DNA of 61,470 nucleotides. Source: an uncultured Oceanicoccus sp. GTDB lineage: Bacteria; Pseudomonadota; Gammaproteobacteria; Pseudomonadales; Dasaniaceae. Under the pieces are notes generated by a model that was not told where the DNA came from, did not search any database, and saw only the letters and a program-made list of their open reading frames with translations. The DNA is taken from NCBI RefSeq assembly GCF_963968385.1, contig NZ_CAXAHB010000001.1:1-61470 (forward strand), in the 5' to 3' direction. The position numbers and the translations under genes were made by a program. Positions 41,009-52,522 of the stretch are shown in pieces; position 1 is the stretch's first letter; the number at the start of each line of letters is the position of its first letter.

Positions 41009-42652
41009 CTACATATTAGGATAATTAGGACCACCTAGCCCCTCTGGTGCTATCCAAACAATGTTTTGTGCAGGGTCTTTAATGTCACAAGTTTTGCAAT
41101 GCACGCAATTCTGACCATTAATCTGAAAACGCTTATCGCCACTGGATTCCTCAACGATTTCATAAACACCGGCAGGACAGTAGCGTTGGGCGGGTTCATC
41201 GAACATAGGTAAGTTTTGCGACAGTGGAATATCAGCATCTTTTAATGTTAGGTGACACGGTTGATCTTCCTCATGGTTGGTATTTGAAAGGAAGACTGAA
41301 GACAGCTTGTCAAAACTGATCACACCATCAGGCTTCGGATAGTCAATTTTCGGCATATCCGCGGCGGGTTTTAGGGTTTCATGATCTGGTGTTTTGTCGC
41401 GTAGGGTAAACGGCAGTTTGCCCTGAAAAATACCTTGATCGATAAAGGCCAATGCAGCGCCAACCATACCGCCAAATTTATGTAGCAGTGGGCCAAAGTT
41501 GCGCCATTTATGCAGTTCATCGTTAAGCCAGGATGAATTAAAACGATCAGCATAATCAACTAGGTCAGCCCCGCCGGCAGTAGCACCTTCAGCGGTTAAT
41601 GCAGCGTGAAGCGTGTCGCCAGCCAATATGCCTGACTTCATTGCAGTATGGCTGCCTTTGATTCTGGCGAAGTTCAAGGTGCCTGCGTCATCACCGATTA
41701 ACAAACCACCGGGAAAGCTCATTTTGGGACGAGATTGTGGCCCGCCTTTAATCAAAGCTCTGGCGCCATACGAAATACGGGTGCCGCCTTCGAGATAAGA
41801 TTTGATTTTTTCATGCTGTTTCCACTGTTGGAATTCATCAAAGGGCGAGACATGTGGATTGTCATAGCTCAGCGGTACAACATAGCCAATAGCAACTTGA
41901 TTGCCCTCAGAGTGATATAGATAACTGCCTGAGGCAGTTCCTTTAGAGGCAGGCCACCCCGTAGTATGAATAACTAATCCAGCCTGATGCTTGGATTCGT
42001 CGATTTGCCAGATTTCTTTAAAACCAATGCCGTAATGCTGGGGATCGCAACCTTCATCAAGATTAAATTTGTTGATCAATTGTTTGCCTAGATGACCACG
42101 GCAGCCTTCAGAAAATACCGTGTACTTGGCATGTAGCTCCATACCCGGCATATAAGAGTCTTTTTGACTGCCATCAGCGGCAACGCCCATATCGCCTGTA
42201 GCAATACCTTTGACGCTGCCATCTTCGTTATATAGCACCTCAGCGGCGGCAAAGCCCGGGTAGATTTCTACCCCCATAGCCTCAGCTTGTTCCGCCAACC
42301 AGCGACACACATTGGCCAAGCTAACGACATAATTACCCTTGTTATGGAAGCCGGGTGTGAATAGCAGTGGCACACTAATCGCGCTCGACTGATTATTCAT
42401 TAACATCACTTTATCTCTGGTGACAGGGACATTAAGGGGTGCGCCGCGCTCTTTCCAGTCGGGAAAAAGCTCAGTGATCGCTTTGGGATCCATAACAGCA
42501 CCGGACAGAATATGGGCGCCCACCTCAGCTCCCTTTTCTACCACACAAACCGTGATATCTTCGCTAAGCTGGCGAAGACGGCAGGCAGCTGATAGCCCTG
42601 CAGGGCCGGCACCGACGATGACTACGTCGAATTCCATAGATTCACGTTCCAC
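41009..42652 (-). CDS. Electron transfer flavoprotein-ubiquinone oxidoreductase
   Basis: ERESMEFDVVIVGAGPAGL, EGCRG.LGKQL, HEEDQPCHL, YCPAGVYE, NCVHCKTCDIKDP; GTG start after GAGG. Confidence 0.96.
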   Translation of the reverse strand: MERESMEFDVVIVGAGPAGLSAACRLRQLSEDITVCVVEKGAEVGAHILSGAVMDPKAITELFPDWKERGAPLNVPVTRDKVMLMNNQSSAISVPLLFTPGFHNKGNYVVSLANVCRWLAEQAEAMGVEIYPGFAAAEVLYNEDGSVKGIATGDMGVAADGSQKDSYMPGMELHAKYTVFSEGCRGHLGKQLINKFNLDEGCDPQHYGIGFKEIWQIDESKHQAGLVIHTTGWPASKGTASGSYLYHSEGNQVAIGYVVPLSYDNPHVSPFDEFQQWKQHEKIKSYLEGGTRISYGARALIKGGPQSRPKMSFPGGLLIGDDAGTLNFARIKGSHTAMKSGILAGDTLHAALTAEGATAGGADLVDYADRFNSSWLNDELHKWRNFGPLLHKFGGMVGAALAFIDQGIFQGKLPFTLRDKTPDHETLKPAADMPKIDYPKPDGVISFDKLSSVFLSNTNHEEDQPCHLTLKDADIPLSQNLPMFDEPAQRYCPAGVYEIVEESSGDKRFQINGQNCVHCKTCDIKDPAQNIVWIAPEGLGGPNYPNM

Positions 42653-43001
42653 AACTAAAGTCCTCATACTAAACAATTATGGCGGCTCAGGCGGGGTTTG
42701 ATGACTTGTCCCGAGCACTCAAAGGTGGCTAAGTATATAAGTTCACTTATAAAAGTGCCAACAGGCAGCGATGCTTAATGGCAGGAATTTTAAGTAGGAG
42801 AGATGGATATAGCCAATGGAGCGGCTAAAAGGGCTTTTTAAGACTATATTTTGCTAGTTTATGCATGTTTAGCTGCGATAAAAAGTTATTGACCTTAGGG
42901 GCTACAAGCGTCAACATACGCGCGTTTTTTCGAAGCTAGCCGCTATTTAGGGCTTTTTTACCGCGGTTGGCTAAATTCATGACTTCAAAACGGAGAATCT
43001 A

Positions 43002-43751
43002 ATGAAGGTTCTTGTTCCTATTAAGCGTGTTGCTGACGCTAATGTAAAAGTGCGGGCCAACTCTGATGGTACTGGCGCTGATCTGAACAATGTAAAAATG
43101 GCTATCAATCCATTCTGTGAGATTGCAGTTGAAGAGGCCGTACGCTTAAAAGAAGCGGGCACCGTTACCGAAATCATCGCTGTTTCTTTGGGTGATAAGT
43201 CTTGCCAAGAGCAAATCCGCACATCTTTGGCGCTGGGTGCTGATCGCGGTATTCAAGTTGAAACCGACACAGAACTACAGCCGCTGGCCATCGCTAAATT
43301 ATTAAAAGCGATTGTTGATAAAGAACAGCCAGATATGGTTATTCTTGGTAAGCAGTCTATCGATGGTGATAACAACCAAACTGGTCAGATGTTGGCGGCA
43401 TTGGCTGGTCTGCCGCAGGGAACTTTTGCTTCCGAGGTGGTTGTCGCTGACGGTAAAGTGAGTGTAACCCGTGAAATCGATGGTGGTTTACAGACAGTTA
43501 ATTTAAATCTTCCAGCCATTATTACTACCGACCTTCGTTTGAACGAGCCGCGTTACGCTTCTCTGCCAAATATTATGAAGGCAAAGAAAAAGCCATTAGA
43601 CGTAATGACACCTGACGACCTAGGCGTTGATATTGCACCTCGTCTAACCACTATTAAGGTTGAGCCGCCAGCAGAACGTGCAGCGGGAATCAAAGTGGAT
43701 TCAGTCGAAGCGCTTGTTGATAAACTAAAAAATGAAGCGAAGGTGATTTAA
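43002..43751 (+). CDS. etfB: Electron transfer flavoprotein beta subunit
   Basis: [49 protein letters not shown]. Confidence 0.96.
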   Translation: MKVLVPIKRVADANVKVRANSDGTGADLNNVKMAINPFCEIAVEEAVRLKEAGTVTEIIAVSLGDKSCQEQIRTSLALGADRGIQVETDTELQPLAIAKLLKAIVDKEQPDMVILGKQSIDGDNNQTGQMLAALAGLPQGTFASEVVVADGKVSVTREIDGGLQTVNLNLPAIITTDLRLNEPRYASLPNIMKAKKKPLDVMTPDDLGVDIAPRLTTIKVEPPAERAAGIKVDSVEALVDKLKNEAKVI

Positions 43752-44680
43752 TGAGTATTTTAATTTTAGCTGAACACGATAATGCTTCTATCAAGGGTGC
43801 TACGTTAAATGTAGTGACTGCTGCTGCTGCGATTGGTGGTGATATTACCGTATTGGTTGCCGGTTCTGATTGTGCTGCTGCTGGTGAAGCTGCTGCAAAA
43901 ATCGCCGGTGTTAGTAAAGTCTTAATAGCCGATAATACCGCCTATGCAAATCAGCTGGCTGAGAATGTTGGTCTTTTGGTTGCCGAGTTAGCCAAAGACT
44001 ACGGTTATGTATTAGCCGCCGCTACGACTACCGGCAAAAACGTTGCACCTCGCATAGCGGCATTGTTGGATGTTGCACAAATCTCTGACATTACTGCAGT
44101 TGAAAGTGCGGATACATTTAAGCGTCCAATCTACGCCGGCAACATTATTGCCACGGTTCAATCAGCTGATGCGATTAAAGTTATCACCGTTCGCGGTACT
44201 GCATTTGATGCCGCTGCAACAGAAGGTGGCTCTGCCGCTGTTGAGACAGTTGCTTCTGCACATGATGCGGGTATTTCAAGCTTTGTTAGTGAAGAAGTTG
44301 CCGTTAGTGACCGGCCTGAACTGACGGCTGCCGGTGTTATTATCTCTGGTGGTCGCGGTATGCAAAATGGTGAGAACTTCTCCATGCTTGAGTCTGTTGC
44401 CGATAAGCTCGGTGCGGCCGTTGGTGCATCTCGTGCAGCGGTTGATGCGGGTTTTGTACCTAATGATATGCAGGTGGGTCAAACGGGTAAAATCGTTGCT
44501 CCAGATCTGTATATTGCTGTGGGTATCTCCGGTGCTATCCAGCATTTGGCGGGTATGAAAGACAGTAAAATCATTGTTGCAATCAACAAAGATGAAGAGG
44601 CACCGATCTTTCAGGTTGCAGACTACGGCCTAGTGGCTGATTTGTTTGACGCAGTACCTGAGTTGGATTCTGCGCTTTAA
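43751..44680 (+). CDS. etfA: Electron transfer flavoprotein alpha subunit
   Basis: [42 protein letters not shown]. Confidence 0.96.
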   Translation: MSILILAEHDNASIKGATLNVVTAAAAIGGDITVLVAGSDCAAAGEAAAKIAGVSKVLIADNTAYANQLAENVGLLVAELAKDYGYVLAAATTTGKNVAPRIAALLDVAQISDITAVESADTFKRPIYAGNIIATVQSADAIKVITVRGTAFDAAATEGGSAAVETVASAHDAGISSFVSEEVAVSDRPELTAAGVIISGGRGMQNGENFSMLESVADKLGAAVGASRAAVDAGFVPNDMQVGQTGKIVAPDLYIAVGISGAIQHLAGMKDSKIIVAINKDEEAPIFQVADYGLVADLFDAVPELDSAL

Positions 44681-44695
44681 GCTGATTTGTTAGAT

Positions 44696-44725
44696 AAAAA
44701 AACCCGGCTTTTGCCGGGTTTTTTT
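44696..44725. terminator. Bidirectional terminator between etfA and the antiporter
   Basis: AAAAAAACCCGGC-tttt-GCCGGGTTTTTTT. Confidence 0.85.
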
Positions 44726-44751
44726 ATGGCTGGTGATTATGCCTGGTTTTG

Positions 44752-45921
44752 TTAATCTCGTCGCATTTTATCGGACACCGAAATCGGGGTCATACAATTA
44801 AATATCACGATATAGGATGAAACTACAAAAGTGATAATGGCTGTAGCTTGAATCAAATGAGAGGCTTCTTTGCCAATTAATGACGCACCTGTAGCGACAT
44901 AGGCAATTAATAATGAGAATTCACTGATTTGCCCCAAACGAAAACCAATATCCCAGGCCAAGGGTTTTCTTTCGCTAACATTACGTAGCAGGCCATAATA
45001 GATTACCGGTTTTAAGCCAATAATTAATATCGCCAATGTTACTGCGGGCAATAAAATACTCCCCAGCACAGTTAAATCAAAGCGAGCGCCTAGTGAGAAA
45101 AAGAATAGCACCAGAAAAAAATCTCTCAGCGGTTTTAAGTTAACGGCAATATATTGCGAGATAGGACTAGTGGCCAAAGAGATTCCGGCGATAAACGCGC
45201 CAATTTCTGCGGACAATCCAACGGCATGGGCTGCTTCTGCCATTCCCAAACACCAGCCAATAGCCAGCAGAAAAATATACTCATGGAAGCGATCAAAAGA
45301 TTGAATCAGTTTCAGTAAAATATATTTAACAAAGCCAACGGCAAAAAGGATAAACAGCGGTAGGGCGATAACCGTTTTGCCAAGTAACATCAAATCAAAT
45401 TCACCGAGGTTGCCGCTGAGTAGTATTAGCAAGACAAAGATAGCGATAACGTCTTGAATTAATAATAACCCAATCATCATCTCACCCATATGGCGATGAT
45501 GAAGGACGGTAGTCGGTAATAATTTAATGCCGATAATGGTACTGGAAAACATCATGGCCGCACCGATAATAATGGATTCGGTGTGGGTAAAATTAAAACT
45601 CCAGGCAACCGCGTAACCAATCGCAGCAAAGGCAATAGAACTAATGATCGCCACCCATGAGGCTTTCTTCATGGTAGACATTAAAGCCTGCGGTTGCATA
45701 TCTAAGCCGAGCAAAAATAGTAGGAAGATAATACCGAAGTGGGCAATATCCGATAATAGTTTTAGGTCGGTGACATAGCCCATTCCGTAGGGACCTATCA
45801 ACGCACCCAAGACGATGTAGGCAATCAGCAACGGTTGGCGAGTATAGAGTGCCAGCGAGGCGAGCACGGCAGCGCCTGAGAAGATCAGAAAAAAAGCAAA
45901 GGTGATGCTGTTGGGATCCAT
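44752..45921 (-). CDS. Cation:proton antiporter (CPA2/Kef-like, no KTN domain)
   Basis: About 12 TM segments, FLLFLLGL, SSTII.IK, LLIQD, GAF.AG, LGQISEFS. Confidence 0.88.
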   Translation of the reverse strand: MDPNSITFAFFLIFSGAAVLASLALYTRQPLLIAYIVLGALIGPYGMGYVTDLKLLSDIAHFGIIFLLFLLGLDMQPQALMSTMKKASWVAIISSIAFAAIGYAVAWSFNFTHTESIIIGAAMMFSSTIIGIKLLPTTVLHHRHMGEMMIGLLLIQDVIAIFVLLILLSGNLGEFDLMLLGKTVIALPLFILFAVGFVKYILLKLIQSFDRFHEYIFLLAIGWCLGMAEAAHAVGLSAEIGAFIAGISLATSPISQYIAVNLKPLRDFFLVLFFFSLGARFDLTVLGSILLPAVTLAILIIGLKPVIYYGLLRNVSERKPLAWDIGFRLGQISEFSLLIAYVATGASLIGKEASHLIQATAIITFVVSSYIVIFNCMTPISVSDKMRRD

Positions 45922-46021
45922 GATAATTGTCGGTCGCTCAAAATCTTTACAACAGGATTATTACGTTAAACCTATAAAAAGACCACTTAAAAGACAATTG
46001 AATAGTGGGTTTTGTCTTTTT

Positions 46022-46504
46022 TTAACGTCGTTTAAATAAAGGCTCTGGCTGATCTATGGCAGCCTGATAAGCATCACTAAAGTCAGCAAAGCTATCCAGT
46101 GCTTTATTAAGGTCAACACCATCAAGTGCAAAAGCATTAAAACCACAGCGTTTCAGAAAGAATAATTGGTCGCGGATAAACTCGCCAATGGCTCTAATTT
46201 CACCTTGATACTGATGCTGCTCGCGCAATTCACGGCCATAGGTAAAGCCGCGGCCATCGGCAAAGGCTGGAAAATTAATCGCAATAACCGCAAAGTTTGC
46301 CAGGCTATCGGCAATCAGTTGTGGGGATTCATCACTGTTTAGCCAAATTCCTAATTGATCACGCTGTGCCAGCGCGTCTTTTTGCTGAGTCCACAAGGAT
46401 AGGGGAACGATAACAGCACCTTCAGGAACTTCAGTGGCTTCTGTATCCAATACCTGCCATTGATCCTCTACTACAGCACCATCTTTAATGATTTTATTTG
46501 GCAT
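46022..46504 (-). CDS. DUF934 family protein (sulfite reductase partner)
   Basis: I.FPAFADGRG.T..R.LR....Y.GEIRAIG...RDQL....RCGF; overlaps the end of the reductase gene. Confidence 0.88.
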   Translation of the reverse strand: MPNKIIKDGAVVEDQWQVLDTEATEVPEGAVIVPLSLWTQQKDALAQRDQLGIWLNSDESPQLIADSLANFAVIAINFPAFADGRGFTYGRELREQHQYQGEIRAIGEFIRDQLFFLKRCGFNAFALDGVDLNKALDSFADFSDAYQAAIDQPEPLFKRR

Positions 46505-48152
46505 AGACTGTCTCCTTAAACGGATCGATGCCAACACGGCGATAGGTATCGAGGAAAGTTTCTTCTTCGGTGCGGTTATTAATATAGGTATCAAGAATTT
46601 TCTCTACTACGTCTGGAACATCAGCAGCGGAAAATGACGGACCAAGAATTTTTGCTAGTGACGCATCTTTATCTTGACTGCCGCCAAGAGAGATTTGGAA
46701 AAACTCCTGCCCCTTTTTATCAACACCTAAAATACCAATATGGCCTATATGATGATGACCACAGGCATTCATGCAGCCTGAGATATTCAGGTCGATAGGG
46801 CCCAGATCATAGAGATAATCCATATCATCAAATTTACGCTGTATGGCTTCAGAGACCGGTAGTGACTTGGCATTGGCTAGCGCACAAAAATCACCGCCCG
46901 GACAGCAAATCATATCCGTTAGGTAATTAATATTCGCCGTGGCAAAGTTTTGCGCTTTGGCTTGTTCAAATACGGCTAGTAGCTGATCTTTGCGTACATG
47001 GGCCAGAATTAGGTTTTGTTGGTGGCTGGCGCGAATCTCACCGAAGGAAAATTGATCAGCCATATCGGCAACAGCTTCCATCTGTTTATCAGTAAGATCG
47101 CCAGGGGCATAACCGGTGGCTTTAAGTGATAGGGTCACAATTGCATAGCCAGGTGCCTGATGAGCTTCGACATTGCGTTTTAGCCAATTATCAAAAGCAG
47201 GGTTTTGTGCAGCCTGTTCGGCAAGAGCGGCTTCAGCAACATCATCGTCAATGCAGGCATAATCCGGAGAATGGAAAAAGGACTTCGCTCTATCGAATTC
47301 AGCCTCAGTAAGCGTAGCAGGGCCGTCTTTGATGGTTGCCCATTCTTTCTCGACCTTTTCACGAAAGGCTTCAATGCCAGTGGCCCGAACCAGAATTTTG
47401 ATTCTGGCTTTGTATTTATTGTCGCGACGACCGAGTTGGTTATATACCCGCAAGATCGCCTCTAAGTAGGTGATCAGGTGCTGTTTAGGCAAGAAATCTA
47501 TAATTTCTGTGGCGATTACTGGCGTACGTCCTAAGCCGCCGCCGACTAATATGCGAAAGCCAGTATCACCATCAGCATTATGGACTACTTCAATGCCAAT
47601 ATCGTGCATATGAATGGCTGCCCGATCTGCTGCTGAGGCGCACACAGCGATTTTGAATTTACGCGGTAAGAAGGCAAACTCAGGGTGAAAGGTTGACCAT
47701 TCGCGGATGATTTCACAATAGGGACGTGGGTCTTCCAGTTCATCGGCCGCGGCACCGGCAAATTGGTCGGTGGTGGTATTACGGATACAGTTACCACTGG
47801 TTTGGATGGCATGCATCTGTACTGACGCTAGTTCTTCGAGGATATCAGGCACTTGTTCCAGTTTGGGCCAGTTTAGCTGCAAGTTCTGGCGAGTACTGAA
47901 GTGACCATAGCCCTTATCATAATGACGGCTAATATGAGCCAGTTTACGCATCTGGGTGCTGTTAAAGGTGCCATAGGGGATAGCAATACGCAGCATCGGT
48001 GCCAAGCGCTGTACATAGAGGCCATTTTGCAGGCGCAGCGGCAAAAATTGCTCATCGGTGATTTCACCGGCCAGATAGCGCTCGGTCTGACCGCGGTACT
48101 GTTTAACCCGTTCGTCTACCAGGCGCTGATCGTGTTCATCGTATATATACAT
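46494..48152 (-). CDS. cysI: Siroheme nitrite/sulfite reductase (Pseudomonas CysI type)
   Basis: MY.YDE.DQ..VDERV.Q.R.Q, QTSGNCIRN, LPRKFKIA, CCPG.DFC.LA, ISGCMNACGHH. Confidence 0.9.
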   Translation of the reverse strand: MYIYDEHDQRLVDERVKQYRGQTERYLAGEITDEQFLPLRLQNGLYVQRLAPMLRIAIPYGTFNSTQMRKLAHISRHYDKGYGHFSTRQNLQLNWPKLEQVPDILEELASVQMHAIQTSGNCIRNTTTDQFAGAAADELEDPRPYCEIIREWSTFHPEFAFLPRKFKIAVCASAADRAAIHMHDIGIEVVHNADGDTGFRILVGGGLGRTPVIATEIIDFLPKQHLITYLEAILRVYNQLGRRDNKYKARIKILVRATGIEAFREKVEKEWATIKDGPATLTEAEFDRAKSFFHSPDYACIDDDVAEAALAEQAAQNPAFDNWLKRNVEAHQAPGYAIVTLSLKATGYAPGDLTDKQMEAVADMADQFSFGEIRASHQQNLILAHVRKDQLLAVFEQAKAQNFATANINYLTDMICCPGGDFCALANAKSLPVSEAIQRKFDDMDYLYDLGPIDLNISGCMNACGHHHIGHIGILGVDKKGQEFFQISLGGSQDKDASLAKILGPSFSAADVPDVVEKILDTYINNRTEEETFLDTYRRVGIDPFKETVYAK

Positions 48153-48352
48153 TAGGACCTTGTCGTATAAAACTGATATTTGCGTTAAAAATGACGCGCG
48201 ATTGTACTAAATTTAGCGGCATTGGGCGAGATAAGTTTATGAAATGTCTGGGTATATTGACTGAAGGGCTAGGCTTGTCTTAAAAATGCGCCCAACTTAC
48301 CAAGACAAGCTTTGGCTACACGCCAAATCCCCTTTTTGATTTAACGAGATAT

Positions 48353-48361
48353 TGTTATAAT
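48353..48361 (+). promoter_or_regulatory. Extended -10 promoter of the small ORF
   Basis: TGTTATAAT = TGn-TATAAT. Confidence 0.6.
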
Positions 48362-48414
48362 GCCGCCCCGTAAAATATCACCCAACTAGTAATACCTGAT
48401 GAGGAACGAGCAGT

Positions 48415-48531
48415 ATGTCAGATCAAGAATCAAAGTATAACGATGGCTTAAATGATGCCTATGCAGCCACAGCGATCATTGTCCTAGTTGTGGGCACCGT
48501 GGTGTTTTGGCTGAGTGGAATGGCCTCTTAA
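48415..48531 (+). CDS. 38-aa single-pass membrane protein (not in the ORF track)
   Basis: MSDQESKYNDGLNDAYAATAIIVLVVGTVVFWLSGMAS; GAGGA RBS, promoter and downstream hairpin. Confidence 0.7.
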   Translation: MSDQESKYNDGLNDAYAATAIIVLVVGTVVFWLSGMAS

Positions 48532-48541
48532 TTATCTATCT

Positions 48542-48563
48542 AAGGCGCTCAGTCGAGCGCCTT
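48542..48563. terminator. Hairpin between the small ORF and the metH 3' end
   Basis: AAGGCGCTC-agtc-GAGCGCCTT, perfect 9-bp stem. Confidence 0.6.
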
Positions 48564-48583
48564 GATGGCCGTTTTTTTGCCTG

Positions 48584-51500
48584 CTAACGGTCGTAATCCA
48601 AAACTGGCGACAACCAACGCTCCATTTCTTTCTCCGTCATTCCTTTACGCGCTGCAAGACTATCCACCTGATCTTTACTGATTTTGCCGGTGGCAAAATA
48701 GCTGGAATCTGGGTGCGAGTAATAAAAGCCGCTGACTGCCGCCGCCGGTGTCATGGCGAAATGCTCGGTTAATTCAACACCAATATTGTCCTGAGCTGAT
48801 AGCAGCTTAAATAATGTCGCTTTTTCAGTGTGGTCAGGGCAGGCTGGGTAGCCCGGCGCAGGACGGATGCCGTGGTAACGTTCTTTGATTAACTCTTCGT
48901 TGCTTAGCTCTTCGTTGTCGGCATAACCCCAGAATTCTTTGCGGACACGTAAGTGCATATGCTCGGCAAATGATTCAGCTAAGCGATCAGCTAATGCTTT
49001 AACCATAATCGCTCTGTAGTCATCGCCAGCTTGCTGATAGTGTTTTGCCAGCTCTTCAGCACCAATGCCGGCAGTAACCACAAAGCCACCAATATAATCT
49101 TCTAAGCCAGTGCTTTTTGGCGCAATAAAATCAGCAAGGCTGAAATTGGGCTTGCCATTGGGCTTTGCTGTTTGCTGGCGGATATGATGCAAAGTGGTTG
49201 GTTGATCATCACCGGTTATCACTTCAATATCATCGCTATTGACTTGGTTGGCAGGCCAGAAACCAATGACTGCTTTAGCAGTGAGTAATTTTTCATCAAT
49301 TAACTTTTTCAGCATAATTTGGGCATCATCAAACAAGCTGCGAGCTGCTTCGCCAACAACGTTATCATCAAGAATTTTCGGGTATTTGCCGGCCAAATCC
49401 CAACTGATAAAAAATGGTGTCCAATCGATAGTGTCGACTAAATCCTCAAGTGGGTAATCTTCAAAAACTTTGATGCCTTGAAAGCTGGGTTTTGGCGGGG
49501 CGTAATTGTCCCACTCAATGGTCGGGGCATTGGCTTTTGCTGCCTCATAGCTCAGCGGCTTGGCTTTAGGTTTTCGATTTTTAACGCGTTCGCGTACAAC
49601 GGCATATTCGTCTTTACGTTGCTGCCAAAAACTCTCGTACTGATTTTCGCTCAGTAGAGCGCTTGCCACTGACACGCTTCGTGAGGCGTCAGGTACATAA
49701 ATAATCGGTGCCTGATCATACTGCGGTTCAATTTTAACCGCAGTATGCGCTTTTGATGTAGTGGCTCCACCGATCATTAAGGGGATTGAAAACCCTTGAT
49801 CTTTCATTTCTTTGGCGACATAAACCATTTCATCCAACGAAGGAGTAATCAGACCGCTGAGGCCAATAATATCGGCATTCTCTTGTTTGGCGACACGAAG
49901 AATTTCATCACAGGAAACCATAACCCCAAGGTCAACCACTTCATAGTTATTGCATTGCAATACAACCCCGACAATATTTTTACCAATATCGTGTACGTCA
50001 CCTTTAACCGTGGCCATGATGATTTTACCGTTGCTTGTGGCCCTATCATCCTTCTCCTGTTCGATAAACGGTTGTAAGTGCGCCACCGCTTGCTTCATAA
50101 CACGGGCGCTTTTTACTACCTGCGGTAAAAACATTTTACCGTCGCCGAATAAGTCGCCAACCACATTCATGCCGTCCATTAAAGGACCTTCGATAACCTC
50201 AATTGGACGCTCGGCATTAACTCGGGCTTCTTCGGCATCTTCAACAATATAAGTGGTAATCCCTTTAACCAAGGCATGCTCAATACGTTTTTCAACGGAA
50301 TACTCGCGCCACTCAAGATTTTCAACTTGCTTTTTGGCGCCGTCGCCAGCGTAATCACTGGCAATATCCAACAACCTTTCAGTGCTGTCATCACGACGGT
50401 TTAGGATTACATCTTCAACGGCATCTCTAAGTTCGACAGGTAAATCGTCATAGACGGCAAGTTGGCCGGCATTAACAATACCCATATCCAGCCCGGCTTT
50501 GATCGCGTGATATAAGAACACCGAGTGAATCGCTTCGCGTACCGGGTTATTACCACGGAATGAGAAGGAGACATTGCTGACACCACCAGAAATCAGGGCA
50601 TGCGGCAAGTTGCTTTTGATAAACCGACAGGCTTCAATAAAGTCAACGGCATAGTTGTTGTGCTCTTCGATACCGGTGGCAATAGCAAAAATATTCGGAT
50701 CAAAAATAATATCCTGAGGAGGTAGGCCGACGGTATCCACCAGTATTTTATAAGAGCGAAGGCAAATTTCATTTTTACGAGCGAGGGTGTCCGCTTGGCC
50801 TTCTTCATCAAAGGCCATAACCACAACCGCGGCACCGTAGTTCAAACACAACTGAGCTTTTTCAATAAACTCCGCTTCGCCTTCTTTTAGGCTAATAGAG
50901 TTGACCACGGCTTTACCCTGAATGCATTTTAAGCCCGATTCGATAATTTCCCATTTAGAGGAGTCAACCATAATCGGTACCCGAGAAATATCTGGCTCTG
51001 AAGCGATCAGATTTAAAAACGTCACCATGGCTGTTTCGGCATCGAGCATGCCTTCATCCATGTTGATGTCGATAATCTGAGCGCCGTTTTCAACTTGTTC
51101 ACGGGCGACATCAAGGGCGGTATCATAATCGCCGTCAATAATTAGGCGCTTAAACTTTGCCGAACCGGTGACGTTACAACGTTCGCCAACGTTTACAAAC
51201 AATGAATCAGGATTAATAGTGAAAGGTTCTAGACCACTTAGACGACAGGCTGGTGAGGGTGTATGAATACCTCTGGGTTTTGAGTCCAATGCAATAGTTG
51301 CAATAGCAGCAATATGTTCAGGTGTGGTGCCGCAACAACCTCCGACTAAATTTAAAAAGCCGCGGTCGGCAAAGCCTTTTAAATCTTCGAGCATATCCTC
51401 AGGTGTTTCATCGTATTCACCAAAAGCATTAGGAAGGCCGGCATTAAAATGGCCGCTAAAATAGCAATCAGCAGCGTTAGCTAGCTCTTCTACAAAGGAG

Positions 51501-52273
51501 CGTATTTCTTTAAAGCGACGTCCACAGTTAGTGCCGACAATTAATGGCTGGGCGTGGGCAATGGCATTCCAGAAAGCTTCGGGGCTTTGTCCTGATAATA
51601 TACGGCCACTAATATCCGGAAAGGTAACCGAAATCATAATGGGCAGTTCAATACCTAGCTCTCTAAAACAGCGCTTAACGGCATAAATAGCCGCTTTGGC
51701 ATTTAGGGTATCAAAAACTGTTTCGATCATTATCAGATCGACATCGCCTTCAATTAAGCCTTTGGTTGACTGGTAATAATCATCAGCTAGTTGATCAAAG
51801 TTGATATTACGTGCACCTGGGTCGTTAACATCTGGGGAGATAGACGCTGTTCTTGGGGTAGGGCCAAGTACGCCAGCTACAAAACGAGGCTTATCCGGTG
51901 TTGCTTTACTGGCTTTATCAGCAGCAACGCGGGCAACCTTGGCGGCTGCGACATTGATTTCATAAGCATAGTCTTCAAGCTTGTAATCACCCTGAGCGAC
52001 GCGGGTGGCGTTGAAGCTATTGGTTTCAATAATATCAGCACCGGCATCGAGGTAGGCGGTATGAATCTGTTCAATAATCTGCGGCTGGGTAATCGAGAGC
52101 AGATCGTTATTGCCCTTAATATCTACATCATAATCGGCCAGACGGTCACCACGGTAATCCGCTTCTTCAAGCCCATACGATTGAATCATGCTGCCCATGG
52201 CGCCATCTATAATTAACAGACGATTTTTTAGCGCCTGCTTGAGGGTGGCGATACGTGAATTTTTGCTTGTCAT
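48584..52273 (-). CDS. metH: Cobalamin-dependent methionine synthase
   Basis: [47 protein letters not shown] (B12 His), [12 protein letters not shown]. Confidence 0.97.
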   Translation of the reverse strand: MTSKNSRIATLKQALKNRLLIIDGAMGSMIQSYGLEEADYRGDRLADYDVDIKGNNDLLSITQPQIIEQIHTAYLDAGADIIETNSFNATRVAQGDYKLEDYAYEINVAAAKVARVAADKASKATPDKPRFVAGVLGPTPRTASISPDVNDPGARNINFDQLADDYYQSTKGLIEGDVDLIMIETVFDTLNAKAAIYAVKRCFRELGIELPIMISVTFPDISGRILSGQSPEAFWNAIAHAQPLIVGTNCGRRFKEIRSFVEELANAADCYFSGHFNAGLPNAFGEYDETPEDMLEDLKGFADRGFLNLVGGCCGTTPEHIAAIATIALDSKPRGIHTPSPACRLSGLEPFTINPDSLFVNVGERCNVTGSAKFKRLIIDGDYDTALDVAREQVENGAQIIDINMDEGMLDAETAMVTFLNLIASEPDISRVPIMVDSSKWEIIESGLKCIQGKAVVNSISLKEGEAEFIEKAQLCLNYGAAVVVMAFDEEGQADTLARKNEICLRSYKILVDTVGLPPQDIIFDPNIFAIATGIEEHNNYAVDFIEACRFIKSNLPHALISGGVSNVSFSFRGNNPVREAIHSVFLYHAIKAGLDMGIVNAGQLAVYDDLPVELRDAVEDVILNRRDDSTERLLDIASDYAGDGAKKQVENLEWREYSVEKRIEHALVKGITTYIVEDAEEARVNAERPIEVIEGPLMDGMNVVGDLFGDGKMFLPQVVKSARVMKQAVAHLQPFIEQEKDDRATSNGKIIMATVKGDVHDIGKNIVGVVLQCNNYEVVDLGVMVSCDEILRVAKQENADIIGLSGLITPSLDEMVYVAKEMKDQGFSIPLMIGGATTSKAHTAVKIEPQYDQAPIIYVPDASRSVSVASALLSENQYESFWQQRKDEYAVVRERVKNRKPKAKPLSYEAAKANAPTIEWDNYAPPKPSFQGIKVFEDYPLEDLVDTIDWTPFFISWDLAGKYPKILDDNVVGEAARSLFDDAQIMLKKLIDEKLLTAKAVIGFWPANQVNSDDIEVITGDDQPTTLHHIRQQTAKPNGKPNFSLADFIAPKSTGLEDYIGGFVVTAGIGAEELAKHYQQAGDDYRAIMVKALADRLAESFAEHMHLRVRKEFWGYADNEELSNEELIKERYHGIRPAPGYPACPDHTEKATLFKLLSAQDNIGVELTEHFAMTPAAAVSGFYYSHPDSSYFATGKISKDQVDSLAARKGMTEKEMERWLSPVLDYDR

Positions 52274-52443
52274 GTGTAGCCTGTAGGTAATAAACAACCG
52301 TAAGCCCTTAAAATATCTAGGGTTTAACGGTAGAAATAGTAAATTAACTGATTTAGTTGCTTCTCTGTATCCTTGCAATCACAGTATAATAGCCGATTAA
52401 CGCGCCAATGCAGGTCTGCAGGGTTGCAAAAAAAACGCATCTT

Positions 52444-52473
52444 AAACTATATTGAAATATTTTGATATAGTTT
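52444..52473. promoter_or_regulatory. 30-bp palindromic operator candidate between metH and nfuA
   Basis: AAACTATATtgAAATATTTtgATATAGTTT, 13 of 15 symmetric pairs. Confidence 0.45.
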
Positions 52474-52522
52474 TCGAGGTTTTGAAGTCGATAAATCGTT
52501 GAGTTTTAGGGGCATATCAGTC

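Noticed and set aside
42915-42928. PsrA-like site CATAC-GCGC-GTTTT upstream of etfB
   Set aside because: Two mismatches in a 10-bp consensus; the context is plausible but the match is too weak to call.
52274-52440. Cobalamin or SAM riboswitch upstream of metH
   Set aside because: No B12-box or SAM riboswitch core recognised on the minus strand.
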